DNA of 44,870 bases from Octopus bimaculoides (taxonomy: Eukaryota): the NCBI RefSeq assembly GCF_001194135.2, contig NC_068983.1, positions 140,435,778-140,480,647 of the forward strand, read 5' to 3'. The notes beneath the pieces are model-generated. The model was given only the letters and a program-made list of their open reading frames with translations, was not told where the DNA came from and searched no databases. Both the position numbers and the translations under genes were made by a program. This document shows positions 11,888-22,746 of the stretch, piece by piece. Every line of letters begins with the position of its first letter. Position 1 is the stretch's first letter.

Positions 11888-12460
11888 TTATTTCTCTTTG
11901 TTGAATGTTGAAAATGAATAATTTGCACGGTGGTAACATCTCGGTGTTTTCTTATCATGCCTGCTCACCAAGTTTTCGTCACTTAACAGGATGCACAAGT
12001 CTTCCTCAAGGCACAAGTCACATACGGTGAATATTATAATATGGGTGAGCACGTTTTTATTATTGACCATTGTATTTCGTATTTCATTTTTCCTTCTTTT
12101 AATCTCCACATTAGGTCCGTTACTGATGTTGCGTGTTGCAAGCTTATCTACTGGAATGAGGAGATAGGTTTGCGATAACGGACATAATACTGATTTTCGG
12201 AGGTCCCTATGTATGCGTATTTAGGTTGTGGCGTTTTGATTGTGCATTTTTATGTGATGTTTCTTGCATGCATCGATTCTGAGTGGACATGCAGATTTCT
12301 TGCGACAGCTGCAAGTATTTCCACTATTATTATTTTGGTAGTTATTTGGTAACTTTTTGCTTTCTTTTTTTGTTATGTTCTTGTTGATTAGCAGCGTCTG
12401 AAGTGCACTATGTGTTATAACCTATTTTGTAGATTTTTTTTTAGTTTTTTATTTGAATAA
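11888..12460 (-). mobile_element. Penelope-like element (PLE) GIY-YIG endonuclease remnant
   Basis: Frameshifted minus-strand frame NSGNTCSCRKKSACPL...KTPQPKYAYIGTSENQYYVRYRK...HATSVTDLMWRLKEGKMKYEIQWSIIK...CDLCLEEDLCILLSDENLVSRHDKKTPRCYHRANYSFSTFNKEK*. It matches the PLE pattern CxC..CPL / YIG / CxLCLxEKxxIL and ends in a short (TAA)n. Confidence 0.85.
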
Positions 12461-13128
12461 TTATATATCGCCTGAAAAAACGCAATTACATCTTATAATT
12501 CAGGGAAACAGTTGCATAGTCAAGTATCTGCACGACAGAGAACTACGTTGCGTCGAAACAACTGAAGTGATTTAAAAATAAATATCCAGCCTTACGCAAT
12601 TTTGTTGACACCTATTTCTTCAATTATCTATTCATACACGACAGATGCCAAAACTCAAGCGTGGAAGTACGTATATACTGCTACTGGGTAGCACATGGTA
12701 AATCTAATATATATATATATATATANNNNNNNNNNNNNNNNNNNNNNNNNNNNNNNNNNNNNNNNNNNNNNNNNNNNNNNNNNNNNNNNNNNNNNNNNNN
12801 NNNNNNNNNNNNNNNNNNNNNNNNNNNNNNNNNNNNNNNNNNNNNNNNNNNNNNNNNNNNNNNNNNNNNNNNNNNNNNNNNNNNNNNNNNNNNNNNNNNN
12901 NNNNNNNNNNNNNNNNNNNNNNNNNNNNNNNNNNNNNNNNNNNNNNNNNNNNNNNNNNNNNNNNNNNNNNNNNNNNNNNNNNNNNNNNNNNNNNNNNNNN
13001 NNNNNNNNNNNNNNNNNNNNNNNNNNNNNNNNNNNNNNNNNNNNNNNNNNNNNNNNNNNNNNNNNNNNNNNNNNNNNNNNNNNNNNNNNNNNNNNNNNNN
13101 NNNNNNNNNNNNNNNNNNNNNNNNNNNN

Positions 13129-13177
<49 letters not shown>

Positions 13178-15587
13178 TAAACTTCAACTACGGAACTTGA
13201 GGCACATAATATTGTCTATCTTCTATAAGTCCGAAAAAGAAAACAGAAAACAATAATAAGAATTTATACATCCGGATATTAACTGTGTCATAACATAACA
13301 TGTTGTTCATTTAAGCATATTACGGTATGACTCTTGCTCTTCACCATGTTATTGTGAGTCTTTCAAGTAAAAGTAATACCTGATACGCACATACAAATAT
13401 ATATATATATGTGTGAGTGTGTGCGTACGTATATATATGTCTGTGCGTGTATAGGGTGACATGCGTGCATGTGTATGAGTAGGTAAATATATATGTATAT
13501 ATATATGTGTGTGTGTGTGTGTGTTGGTATGTAAGTATACACGTGTTTATAAATATATATATGCATCTGTATTTATATGAATATATGTATATATGNNNNN
13601 NNNNNNNNNNNNNNNNNNNNNNNNNNNNNNNNNNNNNNNNNNNNNNNNNNNNNNNNNNNNNNNNNNNNNNNNNNNNNNNNNNNNNNNNNNNNNNNNNNNN
13701 NNNNNNNNNNNNNNNNNNNNNNNNNNNNNNNNNNNNNNNNNNNNNNNNNNNNNNNNNNNNNNNNNNNNNNNNNNNNNNNNNNNNNNNNNNNNNNNNNNNN
13801 NNNNNNNNNNNNNNNNNNNNNNNNNNNNNNNNNNNNNNNNNNNNNNNNNNNNNNNNNNNNNNNNNNNNNNNNNNNNNNNNNNNNNNNNNNNNNNNNNNNN
13901 NNNNNNNNNNNNNNNNNNNNNNNNNNNNNNNNNNNNNNNNNNNNNNNNNNNNNNNNNNNNNNNNNNNNNNNNNNNNNNNNNNNNNNNNNNNNNNNNNNNN
14001 NNNNNNNNNNNNNNNNNNNNNNNNNNNNNNNNNNNNNNNNNNNNNNNNNNNNNNNNNNNNNNNNNNNNNNNNNNNNNNNNNNNNNNNNNNNNNNNNNNNN
14101 NNNNNNNNNNNNNNNNNNNNNNNNNNNNNNNNNNNNNNNNNNNNNNNNNNNNNNNNNNNNNNNNNNNNNNNNNNNNNNNNNNNNNNNNNNNNNNNNNNNN
14201 NNNNNNNNNNNNNNNNNNNNNNNNNNNNNNAATTTTGACTAATTGCATTTATACACTTTTTATACTCGTTTTCGAAATAAAATGTACATAATAAATTTGT
14301 TTGCAGATTTTCTTAATATAAATTTCAAAAATGAAATTATTTTAATTTTACATTAGTGAAGGTGGAAACAAAAAGAAGAAATTGTATTACACAGTTTGAA
14401 ACATACATGCGCCATTCAAAACATACAGAAAATTATGAAATTATGTCATATATATATATATATATATACTTATATACACACCAGTGTGCAATCGTGTGTG
14501 ATTGTTAACGGTAGTCTTTATATACATATGCTTTTCTGTGTTCGCGTGTGCTAGCGAAATTGTATATATTTTAGTGCACAATTTTAACATGCAATAAATT
14601 CAACATGATATTAATCAAACCTAACAACATCAAAGATTCCAAAAATAAGACTGAAAGCTTCAGTGGCAATGCCAGCAAATGAAATAAATAACGTATCTGA
14701 AAACGAAGCCTCACTAACGTGAAAAAGCAGAAATAAACTTGGCATTTCAAATATCACTGAACATAGTTTGTTTTTCTTCTTATTTACACTGAAGATCAAA
14801 TAAATTTAACTTTAATGGTAATGATTAACAGTATTTCGCCCAGTTTAATATAAACCATAGAACAGATGAAATGGATGCGCAAAAAATTCATATTTGGCTA
14901 CTTTTGGTATCTTATAATTAATCCACTGATCTTCACCTTCATTATTTTCCTCAATTTTCGGTAGATGTATATGTTGATTTAATAGCATTGTTAAATTTAT
15001 TTTATTCTTGTAATATAATTTTCAATATATATCAAATATACATATACGTATCAGCAAATGATCAATAATTGAAAGAAATAATTTCTAAGCAGGTTATTAA
15101 TTGTGAGATTATGGAACATATAAAGGATTTATTGATATTTCTTTTAACTAATATTTAGGAATATCACCTCTGTAGATTGTAGCGGTTAATTTTTTACTTT
15201 TCTATCGTTCATGTATATAACCGTATGTGGTCTAGAAAAATAGCGTCCTCAAACCATCTTCAATTAAAAATAGAGTCGCTATAGCTATTGAATATTATTT
15301 TTATATTCACACTATGAATTTAGTTTACATATATTTGGAGTCGACCCTATCAAGTTGCACACTATTCTCGCTAGATGGAATGTGTGATTAAAAAATGGTT
15401 TACCGGTTTACCACATTTATCTAATGATAGCCACAGACTTTGAAAATTCAGTATTTAGCATGACTTTATCGGCACTCAACGCTGTTGATTGGGCGTCAAG
15501 TGATGCACTTTGTGTTGTAGGTTGCAGCATTCTATATATTACATTATTAATGTTTGATGGATATTAGTCCTCGTTTTCTTTGCTATT

Positions 15588-15633
15588 AACACAACCTTTC
15601 GGCTGATATACTCACCAGCCTTCTTCAGGTGTC
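15588..15633 (-). ncRNA. Minimal type-I hammerhead ribozyme motif (near-intact)
   Basis: Minus strand GACAC-CUGAAGA-A-GGCUG-GUGAGUAUAU-CAGCC-GAAA-GGUU-GUGUU. Stem I GACAC/GUGUU, core CUGANGA and GAAA, stem II GGCUG/CAGCC, cleavage triplet GUU. The stem-III palindrome ACGU is mutated to AGGU. Confidence 0.72.
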
Positions 15634-15710
15634 CTGGGGGAAATTTCGAACCTGAATTCTCATTCCTGGGTTCCATAATATTTTTCGATATTATTATTAT
15701 TATTATCATT

Positions 15711-16265
15711 GTGTGAGAGAGCAGTGCATGCCATCAAAGTGACACTGGTGTAAAATATACGTAGCCCATTACACCCATCATGACTACCCGTCTGATAAGG
15801 GTACACCAGGCACATGCATCATAACAACATGTGCGCGACATGGGGATCTCATATCAAGATGAAAATCGCATGACCTCGCAGGTGGGGTCCAGTTAGAATT
15901 TTCTTCAGGTCGAGTAGCACATCCCGCTCAAAAGGTCCTTGAATAAGGTTTGTTTATGGATGTTGAGCAAAACATCCATGATTCGAAAGGTGAATTTTTC
16001 AAACCCCCAAAGAATGCCTCTCAACACATGCCTATGATTCTCCCCCGTTACTTCTGCTCATGATCAGTGATGCACATACCGTCAGCCACCAAGGGACATG
16101 CTCAACTGGTTAAGGTCAAACAACTGACAAGCAAATCTGTGGTATTAAGCAGAATATTTGCTGTAGCCCATTTTTTATACCAAGATAAAACAATGTACAT
16201 GATAATATTTCCAATCAATTAAGATCAGAAGCCATGAGAGCCACTGCCTTGTACTGCATTCGGGA

Positions 16266-16267
<2 letters not shown>
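15711..16267 (-). mobile_element. ~557-bp non-coding (TAA)n-embedded element, apparently full-length copy
   Basis: Homologous to 19458-20053, 20109-20213 and 20289-20335. TTA/TAA arrays on both sides; no credible ORF. Confidence 0.88.
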
Positions 16268-16355
<88 letters not shown>

Positions 16356-16360
<5 letters not shown>

Positions 16361-16423
16361 TGACTGCCTGGAATCGGACGTGGAATCTTGTGTTCAGCAA
16401 CTCCCGCTCTTAACCACTACACA
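16356..16423 (-). other. tRNA-like Pol III head (left copy, degenerate)
   Basis: Minus GTAGTGGTTAAGAGCG (A-box-like)...TTGCTGA loop...GTCCGATTCC (degenerate B-box); 48/65 identical to the right copy by manual alignment. Confidence 0.75.
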
Positions 16424-16434
16424 ATATGCCCGTG

Positions 16435-16501
16435 GGCGTAGTGGTCAAGAGCGCGGGCTACTAACCCCAAGATTCCGAGTTCCATTCTAGGTATTTACCT
16501 C

Positions 16502-16502
<1 letters not shown>
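16435..16502 (+). other. tRNA-like Pol III head (right copy, degenerate)
   Basis: GGCGTAGTGGTCAAGAGCG, GGG-CTACTAA-CCC anticodon-like stem-loop, GAGTTCCATTCT degenerate B-box. The consensus of the two heads restores GAGTTCGATTCC. Confidence 0.75.
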
Positions 16503-16578
<76 letters not shown>

Positions 16579-16586
16579 TGATGATG

Positions 16587-16682
<96 letters not shown>

Positions 16683-16684
16683 TA

Positions 16685-17550
16685 TTTTCTTTACCCACCT
16701 AAAAAAAGTGGGTAAAGAAAAGAATGCATGGTCAATTTCACAGGAATGTTGAAGATAAGACAGACAGAGAAAAAACGATGGCTCTGGATGATTAGATGTG
16801 ATTTAAAACCGAAAGCGGAGGCTCTAATCTGCGCTGCCTAATAGCAAGCACCAAGAAGAAACTACATAAAATACAGAATAGACAACACAGCAGAAAGTGA
16901 TAAGTGCAGAATCTGTGGACAAAACGGTGAAACGGTATGTCATATTACCAGCCAATGTACGCAAATAAGCCAGAAGGAATATAAGAGACGCCACGACAAT
17001 ATAGCTAGGCTTGTCCATTGGACACCCTGTAACAAGTATGGACTTGATAGAGCAAACAATTGGTAGGACCACAAACCTGAACGCGTCGACGAAAATAGAA
17101 ATGCAAAGATCCTGTGGGATTTTATGATTCAGTACGACCATGAGATAGAGAAAAGGAAGTCAGACATAGTCTTAATTGAGAAAGAAAACAAATTATGCTG
17201 GATCATAGACATAGCATGCCCAGCTGGCAACAAGGTATGCGATAAGCAAGAAAGAAAAGTCGAGAGATATGACAGGTTAGCTTGGTAAGTTAAGCAGTTG
17301 TGATGGATGAAAAAGGTAGCAGTAGTACCAATAATTGACGGAATCCTGAGAACAGTGAGCAAAAATCTCGACATTTACGTGGAACAAATAGGAGCTTCAA
17401 TAAGGGTGGAACACTTGCAAAAAACAACACTACTTGGAACCGCTCGAATATTCTGGAAGGTGCTCGAAAAATAATAGGTGTTACCTTACTTCACTGGTAG
17501 TGAACAGCTGAAACGGTCGGACATTTCCAGCGTTACAAGTTGTGCAAAGC
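16685..17550 (+). mobile_element. 5'-truncated R4/Dong-like LINE (CCHC + RLE) inserted in (TAA)n
   Basis: KRMHGQFHRNVEDK...DLKPKAEALICAA...CRICGQNGETVCHITSQC (C-x2-C-x8-H-x4-C)...EYKRRHDNIARLVHW...KILWDFMIQYDHEIEKRKSDIVLIEK...IIDIACP...LQKTTLLGTARIFWKVLEK* (stop 17472-17474). ~75-nt UTR; (TAA)n on both sides. Confidence 0.93.
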
Positions 17551-17604
<54 letters not shown>

Positions 17605-17677
17605 TATTATTATTATTATTATTATAACATCGAAAAATACCTTCGGAATGAGAACCCAGTTAAGAAATTTCCCCCAG

Positions 17678-17723
17678 GACATCACAAGAAGTCTGGAGAG
17701 TATATCACCCGAAACATTGTGTT
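17678..17723 (+). ncRNA. Degenerate (probably inactive) hammerhead motif in right arm
   Basis: GACAT-CACAAGA-A-GTCTG-GAGAGTATAT-CACCC-GAAA-CATT-GTGTT is homologous to 15588-15633, but the CUGA core and stem II are mutated. Confidence 0.5.
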
Positions 17724-18478
17724 AACAACAAGCAAGATGAGGACAAATATCCGTCACATGTAAATAATGTAAATAATGTACATAATTCCTCATCTCTCAA
17801 ACATAGAACTGTATTCTATATATTAATCATGAAGATACGACGGTGAGATACTGTAAAATGTAGATAAGAATTAAACTGAGCGTTGCCCAATTTTCTGGAA
17901 ACCTATAACACTCTCATTAGTTTCCTTTACAGAAATTAAGGCGAACATATAAACAGGTGTTTCCATGGTAAAGGAAAATATTCACTCAACAAAAGGTACA
18001 CGGAATCTTCATAAAGCACGAAAAAGCTTAAACTTAGAGACTAATATGAGGATGAAACCTATATAAAAGGAGAGAAGCAGAACAATATACTGAGAATCAA
18101 ATAACATATTGTGTGATTAACGTTGAATATTGTATGTAAATATTTTTCATTAAAGGTAATTATTTACAGGCTCTTTCCAGATCAGCCACGTACCATGGAA
18201 AAAACAGAGACGACTTATAACTAGAAAAATCTCCTTGTGTCACAAGAAATCTCTATAGCCAATTTATCAGCTAAAGACTTCAACTCATGTTAATTTATAA
18301 CATTCGAGAACAATAGCCTTTTATTGATTAAATAAACTTGATTAAATTTACAATACATTTTTCTTTCATTATATACTTAATGATATTCCTTTAACGTAAT
18401 CAATAGATTGATTTTCGAAGTTCATTTTATAGTATTAATTCTATACATCATTTCTGGTGGAACTATTCATTAAAATGG

Positions 18479-18645
<167 letters not shown>

Positions 18646-18665
18646 TTTTTGTTATTTTTACTATT

Positions 18666-19417
18666 ATATGTTTAACTTTTGCTTTGTATTTGTACAAGTT
18701 GGCTCCAAGTCTCATCCAGAGACCTGTTAGACGTTCATGTTGGTATTATGCCTAGGTTGTGATATATTTGGATTTCTATATAGTATTTTTCTAGAGAATG
18801 TTTAAGAAAGGATATAATTATGAGTTAGTTTTAAAACTTGAGATTACATTGGCAGTACATTATGTAGGATATGGTCTGTTCCTATGAGCACTATCTGTTG
18901 AATTTATACCATCGTGTGGTATCCTGGTATCTGGGCTAGGTAGCAATCAACCTCTTTTTTAATCATTCATATGACAACAGATATTGTCTTAGTCTTGAGG
19001 TTCCATATTTTACCAGTCTCTACTTCAAGATCTTTATACTTGCTTAGATTTTGGTAGGGATCTGACAGATACATTTATATCAATTGGGACAGTCATATTA
19101 ATGAGTACGTATGATGTTTGTCTTAAGACTTTCAATATAATGTCTGGCCTATTCGCATCTATCTTTTTGTAAGTTTGAATGGTGAAGCTCCAGAGGAGTG
19201 AGATGTGATCCTTTACACTGGAGGTGGATTGTGTTCCACCCAGTTTTTTATCGTGGGGCAGCTAAACGTTTTGGCAAATTACCCAGAGTATATAATGTGC
19301 TGCTCTCTCATGCCGGTTGAGATATTTTGTAGGCGCAAGGAGACTGCCCATGAGAACAACATGTTCAACGATTTCATTTTGTGGTTTATATACACATATT
19401 GGGCAGCTGTCTTTCAC
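18666..19417 (-). mobile_element. 5'-truncated R4/Dong-like LINE in (TAA)n
   Basis: Homologous to 4062-5148. Decayed APTKYLNRH..AAHYILWVICQ...IGTDHILHNVLPM* (stop 18844-18846). Shared 3' terminus; arrays on both sides. Confidence 0.9.
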
Positions 19418-19457
<40 letters not shown>

Positions 19458-20053
19458 GAGTGAGAGTGCAGTGCATGCCATCAAAGTGACACTGGGGTAA
19501 AATATACGAAGCCCATTATACCCATCATGACTACCTGTCTGATAAGGGTACACTAGGCACATGCATCACAACCATATGTACGTGACATGGTGATCTCATA
19601 TCAAGATAAACAGTGCATGACCTCGCAGGTGGGGCCCAGTTAGAATTTTCTTCAGGTTGAGTAGCGCATCCCGCTTAAAAGGTCCCTGAATAAGGCTTGT
19701 TTAAGGATGTTGAGCAAAACACCCATGTTTTTAAAGGTGAATTATTCAAACCCCGAAGAACTCCTCTCAACACATGGCTATGATGCTCCCCCACTACTTC
19801 TGCTCATGATCAGAGATGCACGTATCGTCAGCCACTAAGGGACATGCTCAACTGGTTATGGTCAAACAACTGACAAGTAAATCTGTGGTATTGAGCAAAA
19901 TATTTGCTGTAGCCCAACTTTTATACCTAGACAAAACAATGTACGTGATANNNNNNNNNNNNNNNNNNNNNNNNNNNNNNNNNNNNNNNNNNNNNNNNNN
20001 NNNNNNNNNNNNNNNNNNNNNNNNNNNNNNNNNNNNNNNNNNNNCCGGGCATT
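19458..20053 (-). mobile_element. ~557-bp (TAA)n-embedded element, second long copy (gap 19951-20044)
   Basis: Colinear with 15711-16267; resumes after the gap with CCGGGCATTT then (TTA)n. Confidence 0.88.
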
Positions 20054-20064
20054 TATTATTATTA

Positions 20065-20108
<44 letters not shown>

Positions 20109-20213
20109 GAGTGAGAGAGCAGTGCATGCCATCAAAGTGACACTGAGGTAAAATATACGAAGCCCAATATACCCATCATGACTACCCGTCTGATAAGGTT
20201 ACACCAGGCACAT
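20109..20213 (-). mobile_element. 5'-truncated copy (~105 bp) of the 557-bp element
   Basis: Retains only the GAGTGAGAGAGCAGTGC...CCAGGCACAT end; arrays on both sides. Confidence 0.88.
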
Positions 20214-20243
20214 ATTATTATAATAATAATAATAATAATAATA

Positions 20244-20288
<45 letters not shown>

Positions 20289-20335
20289 GAGTGACAGAGT
20301 AGTGCATGCCATCAAAGTGACACTGGAGTAAAATA
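20289..20335 (-). mobile_element. 5'-truncated copy (~47 bp) of the 557-bp element
   Basis: GAGTGACAGAGTAGTGCATGCCATCAAAGTGACACTGGAGTAAAATA; fused directly to unrelated sequence at 20336. Confidence 0.82.
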
Positions 20336-21700
20336 TGATGATGGTAGTAATGGGAATGATGTCGCTGTAGACAGTACTGGTGTATCGGCTGTTGTACAAA
20401 GCATTTGTGTACTTGTTCCCGAAGGTGTCTCTCCACTCTAATCATACCTACCAGGTTATTTTTTGTGACTTCGGTGGTGTTTTCACTTCTTTATTTTTGC
20501 GAGAACTCTCGGGGTTTTGCCATTGAGGTTCTTCGCCGTCACCACAGAGTTTTGCTGCTGTTATGTTGATAATAAAGTTCTTGTTTTATAGGGTTCTGAT
20601 GCTGTTGTTTTTGCTGCTACCTGGAATGTAGATGTTGGTGAGTTTTCTGTTCTGTTTGCTGCTGTTGCCTCCACTGTTGTTGATCTTCTTATTGCTGCTT
20701 CTATTGTTGCTGCTGCTGCTGTTACTGTCACTATTGCTTTTGCAACCGCAGTAGTCACCTTCTGTGCTGTTCTGTTGCTGTTCCCAGTGTGTCGGTGGTG
20801 GTGTCAGCGAAATTTTCCTGTTTGTGGGCAGAGGGTTTTGATATGATTTGTTTCCACACGTAGGTGACATGTCGGCCCTCTGCTCTCAACATCCACGTGA
20901 AGTTTGTGATATCTAGTACGATTATGAAGCTTGAGATGTCCTCGACGCTTGTTGATCCGCCTGTATTGATATTTGCATACTTTGTCTTAACCAGTTCTGC
21001 TTCTCTATTCTTTGTATCAGCAGAATAGTGATTTTCCCTTCTATATCGAAGAGAAACTCAGCCACCAACAAGCAGTTATTTATATCTGGTGGTATATTTA
21101 GTATTTTACTTTCAATACCCTTTGCCCTAGGTAAATGGGTATGAGGATGATTTGGACACTTGATAGGCTGACTGTTGGGTGATTTCTGGCCTCCTCTTAT
21201 GAAGTGAACTTCACTTCGGCAGTCCCATACTTCCCTTCTGGATATATAAATATTGCTTTTCCAAATTAGTCGTAAACATTTCGCGGCGGCGGAAGTGGTG
21301 GTCGTGGTGGGCTTAATGTTACCACAGGGGGTGTATTCCAAACGTGCACTTGAAACTGAATCGTGGAAATATTAAGAAAAGCACAGTTCAGAAGCATTAG
21401 CTTCTTCAAAACAGAAAGACTAAATTTTCTAAATAGTTATCAAATAACATCTAGAAAGATTAACTCTTAAAGGCAAATCTTCTGCCAAACAAGGAACATC
21501 CCTACCTACATCCTCTTGCAAATATCAAAACACAAACACATTTCTATACTAACAACTTCCTGACCTAAATTTGACACATCTAATCTCTTACATGCGTGAG
21601 TAATAACCTATTCTTCCCTACCAAATAATTTTCTGAACACCGAAAATTCGTATATAAATCTACTAAGCTTTTTATCTAATTGCATTATTTTGTGAACCCT
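20336..21700 (-). mobile_element. Decayed gag-like ORF1 of a non-LTR retrotransposon (L1/Tx1-like), with zinc knuckle and T/A/Q/S-rich tail
   Basis: Track ORF 20922-21341 (..ILNIPPDINNCLLVAEFL..) continues, frameshifted, into HVDVESRGPTCHL/CGNKSYxKTLCP, a decayed C-x2-C-x4-H-x4-C knuckle at ~20822-20880. Low-complexity ORFs 20561-20870 follow. Clade and boundaries uncertain. Confidence 0.55.
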
Positions 21701-22703
21701 CAAAAACTCTATCACCTAAAGGTTAACATACCAAAATGAACTCATCTAATTACAACGGTATAATTGCTAAATTTTAACACATCCCAAACTAAAATTTCAA
21801 ATCCGCCATCAATAAGGAAATTAAATCAATGACAACTAAACACAGTGACACATCTGCTTAACAACAAACGATTTCACCTACCTTATCTTTTTGTGAAAGA
21901 TAAAAATGCCCAAGATCTGAAGGTGACGCACCTAAATAGAAACAGTGGATTAAAATTGTCTGCATGCATGAAGAATTCAGAATAACACAAATTTAAATTA
22001 CTGTAATTCAGTAATTCTGTAATACCTTTCCATGATAACCTACTCGTTCCGCCGCCGCCGCCTCCTGTCATATCTCTGCTGCTGCTGTCGACCGCGCAGT
22101 TCTCACCCAGCCTCCGCCCATCCGCATACAGCGCCCTAGACCGATGGTGCTGCACGCTTTACGGCTCCACGAACCTCAATTATCATTGAAGAAGGTTCTA
22201 CCAGGCCCCAAAAGATCTTAACTCAACATATACTACATAATGTTTTGAAATGTACAACATTAATGATAGCTAAGCGCTCAGAATCTCTGAAGTCACACTT
22301 GTTCTTGTTAAAGAATAATAAAAATTTTCTCCACAAAAAGCATTGAATAATTTTTAACGTAAACGTTTTAAATCATAACTTGATACAAAAAGTAACATTA
22401 ATACATAGGCACACCCTCCCACGCAAATCACCAAGTACATACGCAAACACACACATAAGAAATAGAAATAAAGTGCGTAAAAGTCAATACGAAGAGTACT
22501 CCAATGTGAGTTCAATATTGGTAAACGTTTCAATTTCCTGTATTATCACAATAAATAGTTTCCTGTTCATACGTACGTTCATCACTACGTTCCTCTATTT
22601 AAAGTAAAGTTTTGTGAGTACAGTGCGATTGACGTCTGACGAACGAATGCATGTACGGGAAACTATTAAAAACGCGATAAGTACATGTAGTTGAAACGTT
22701 TAG

Positions 22704-22746
<43 letters not shown>

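Larger units (their letters stand above)
15530..17825. mobile_element. Composite inverted-dimer retroelement: 2 x [tRNA-like head, (TAA)n, hammerhead-containing tail], 12-bp TSD, two nested insertions
   Basis: TTCTATATATTA at 15530-15541 and 17814-17825. Arm 15542-15690 is the reverse-complement homologue of arm 17626-~17775; the right arm continues to 17813. Inverted tRNA-like heads at 16356-16423 and 16435-16502. Confidence 0.85.

Noticed and set aside
15895-15915. CUGAAGA on the minus strand inside the 557-bp element as another hammerhead
   Set aside because: No stem II or downstream GAAA in the required arrangement.
16200-16267. HDV-like ribozyme or U2 snRNA similarity at the 5' end of the 557-bp element
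   Set aside because: I found only a short hairpin and could not assign P1/P2/P3; the U2 resemblance is a few bases. Needs a covariance-model search.
16356-16502. Functional tRNA genes
   Set aside because: Both copies have broken B-boxes, no complete acceptor stem, and run directly into (TAA)n; they are SINE-type heads.
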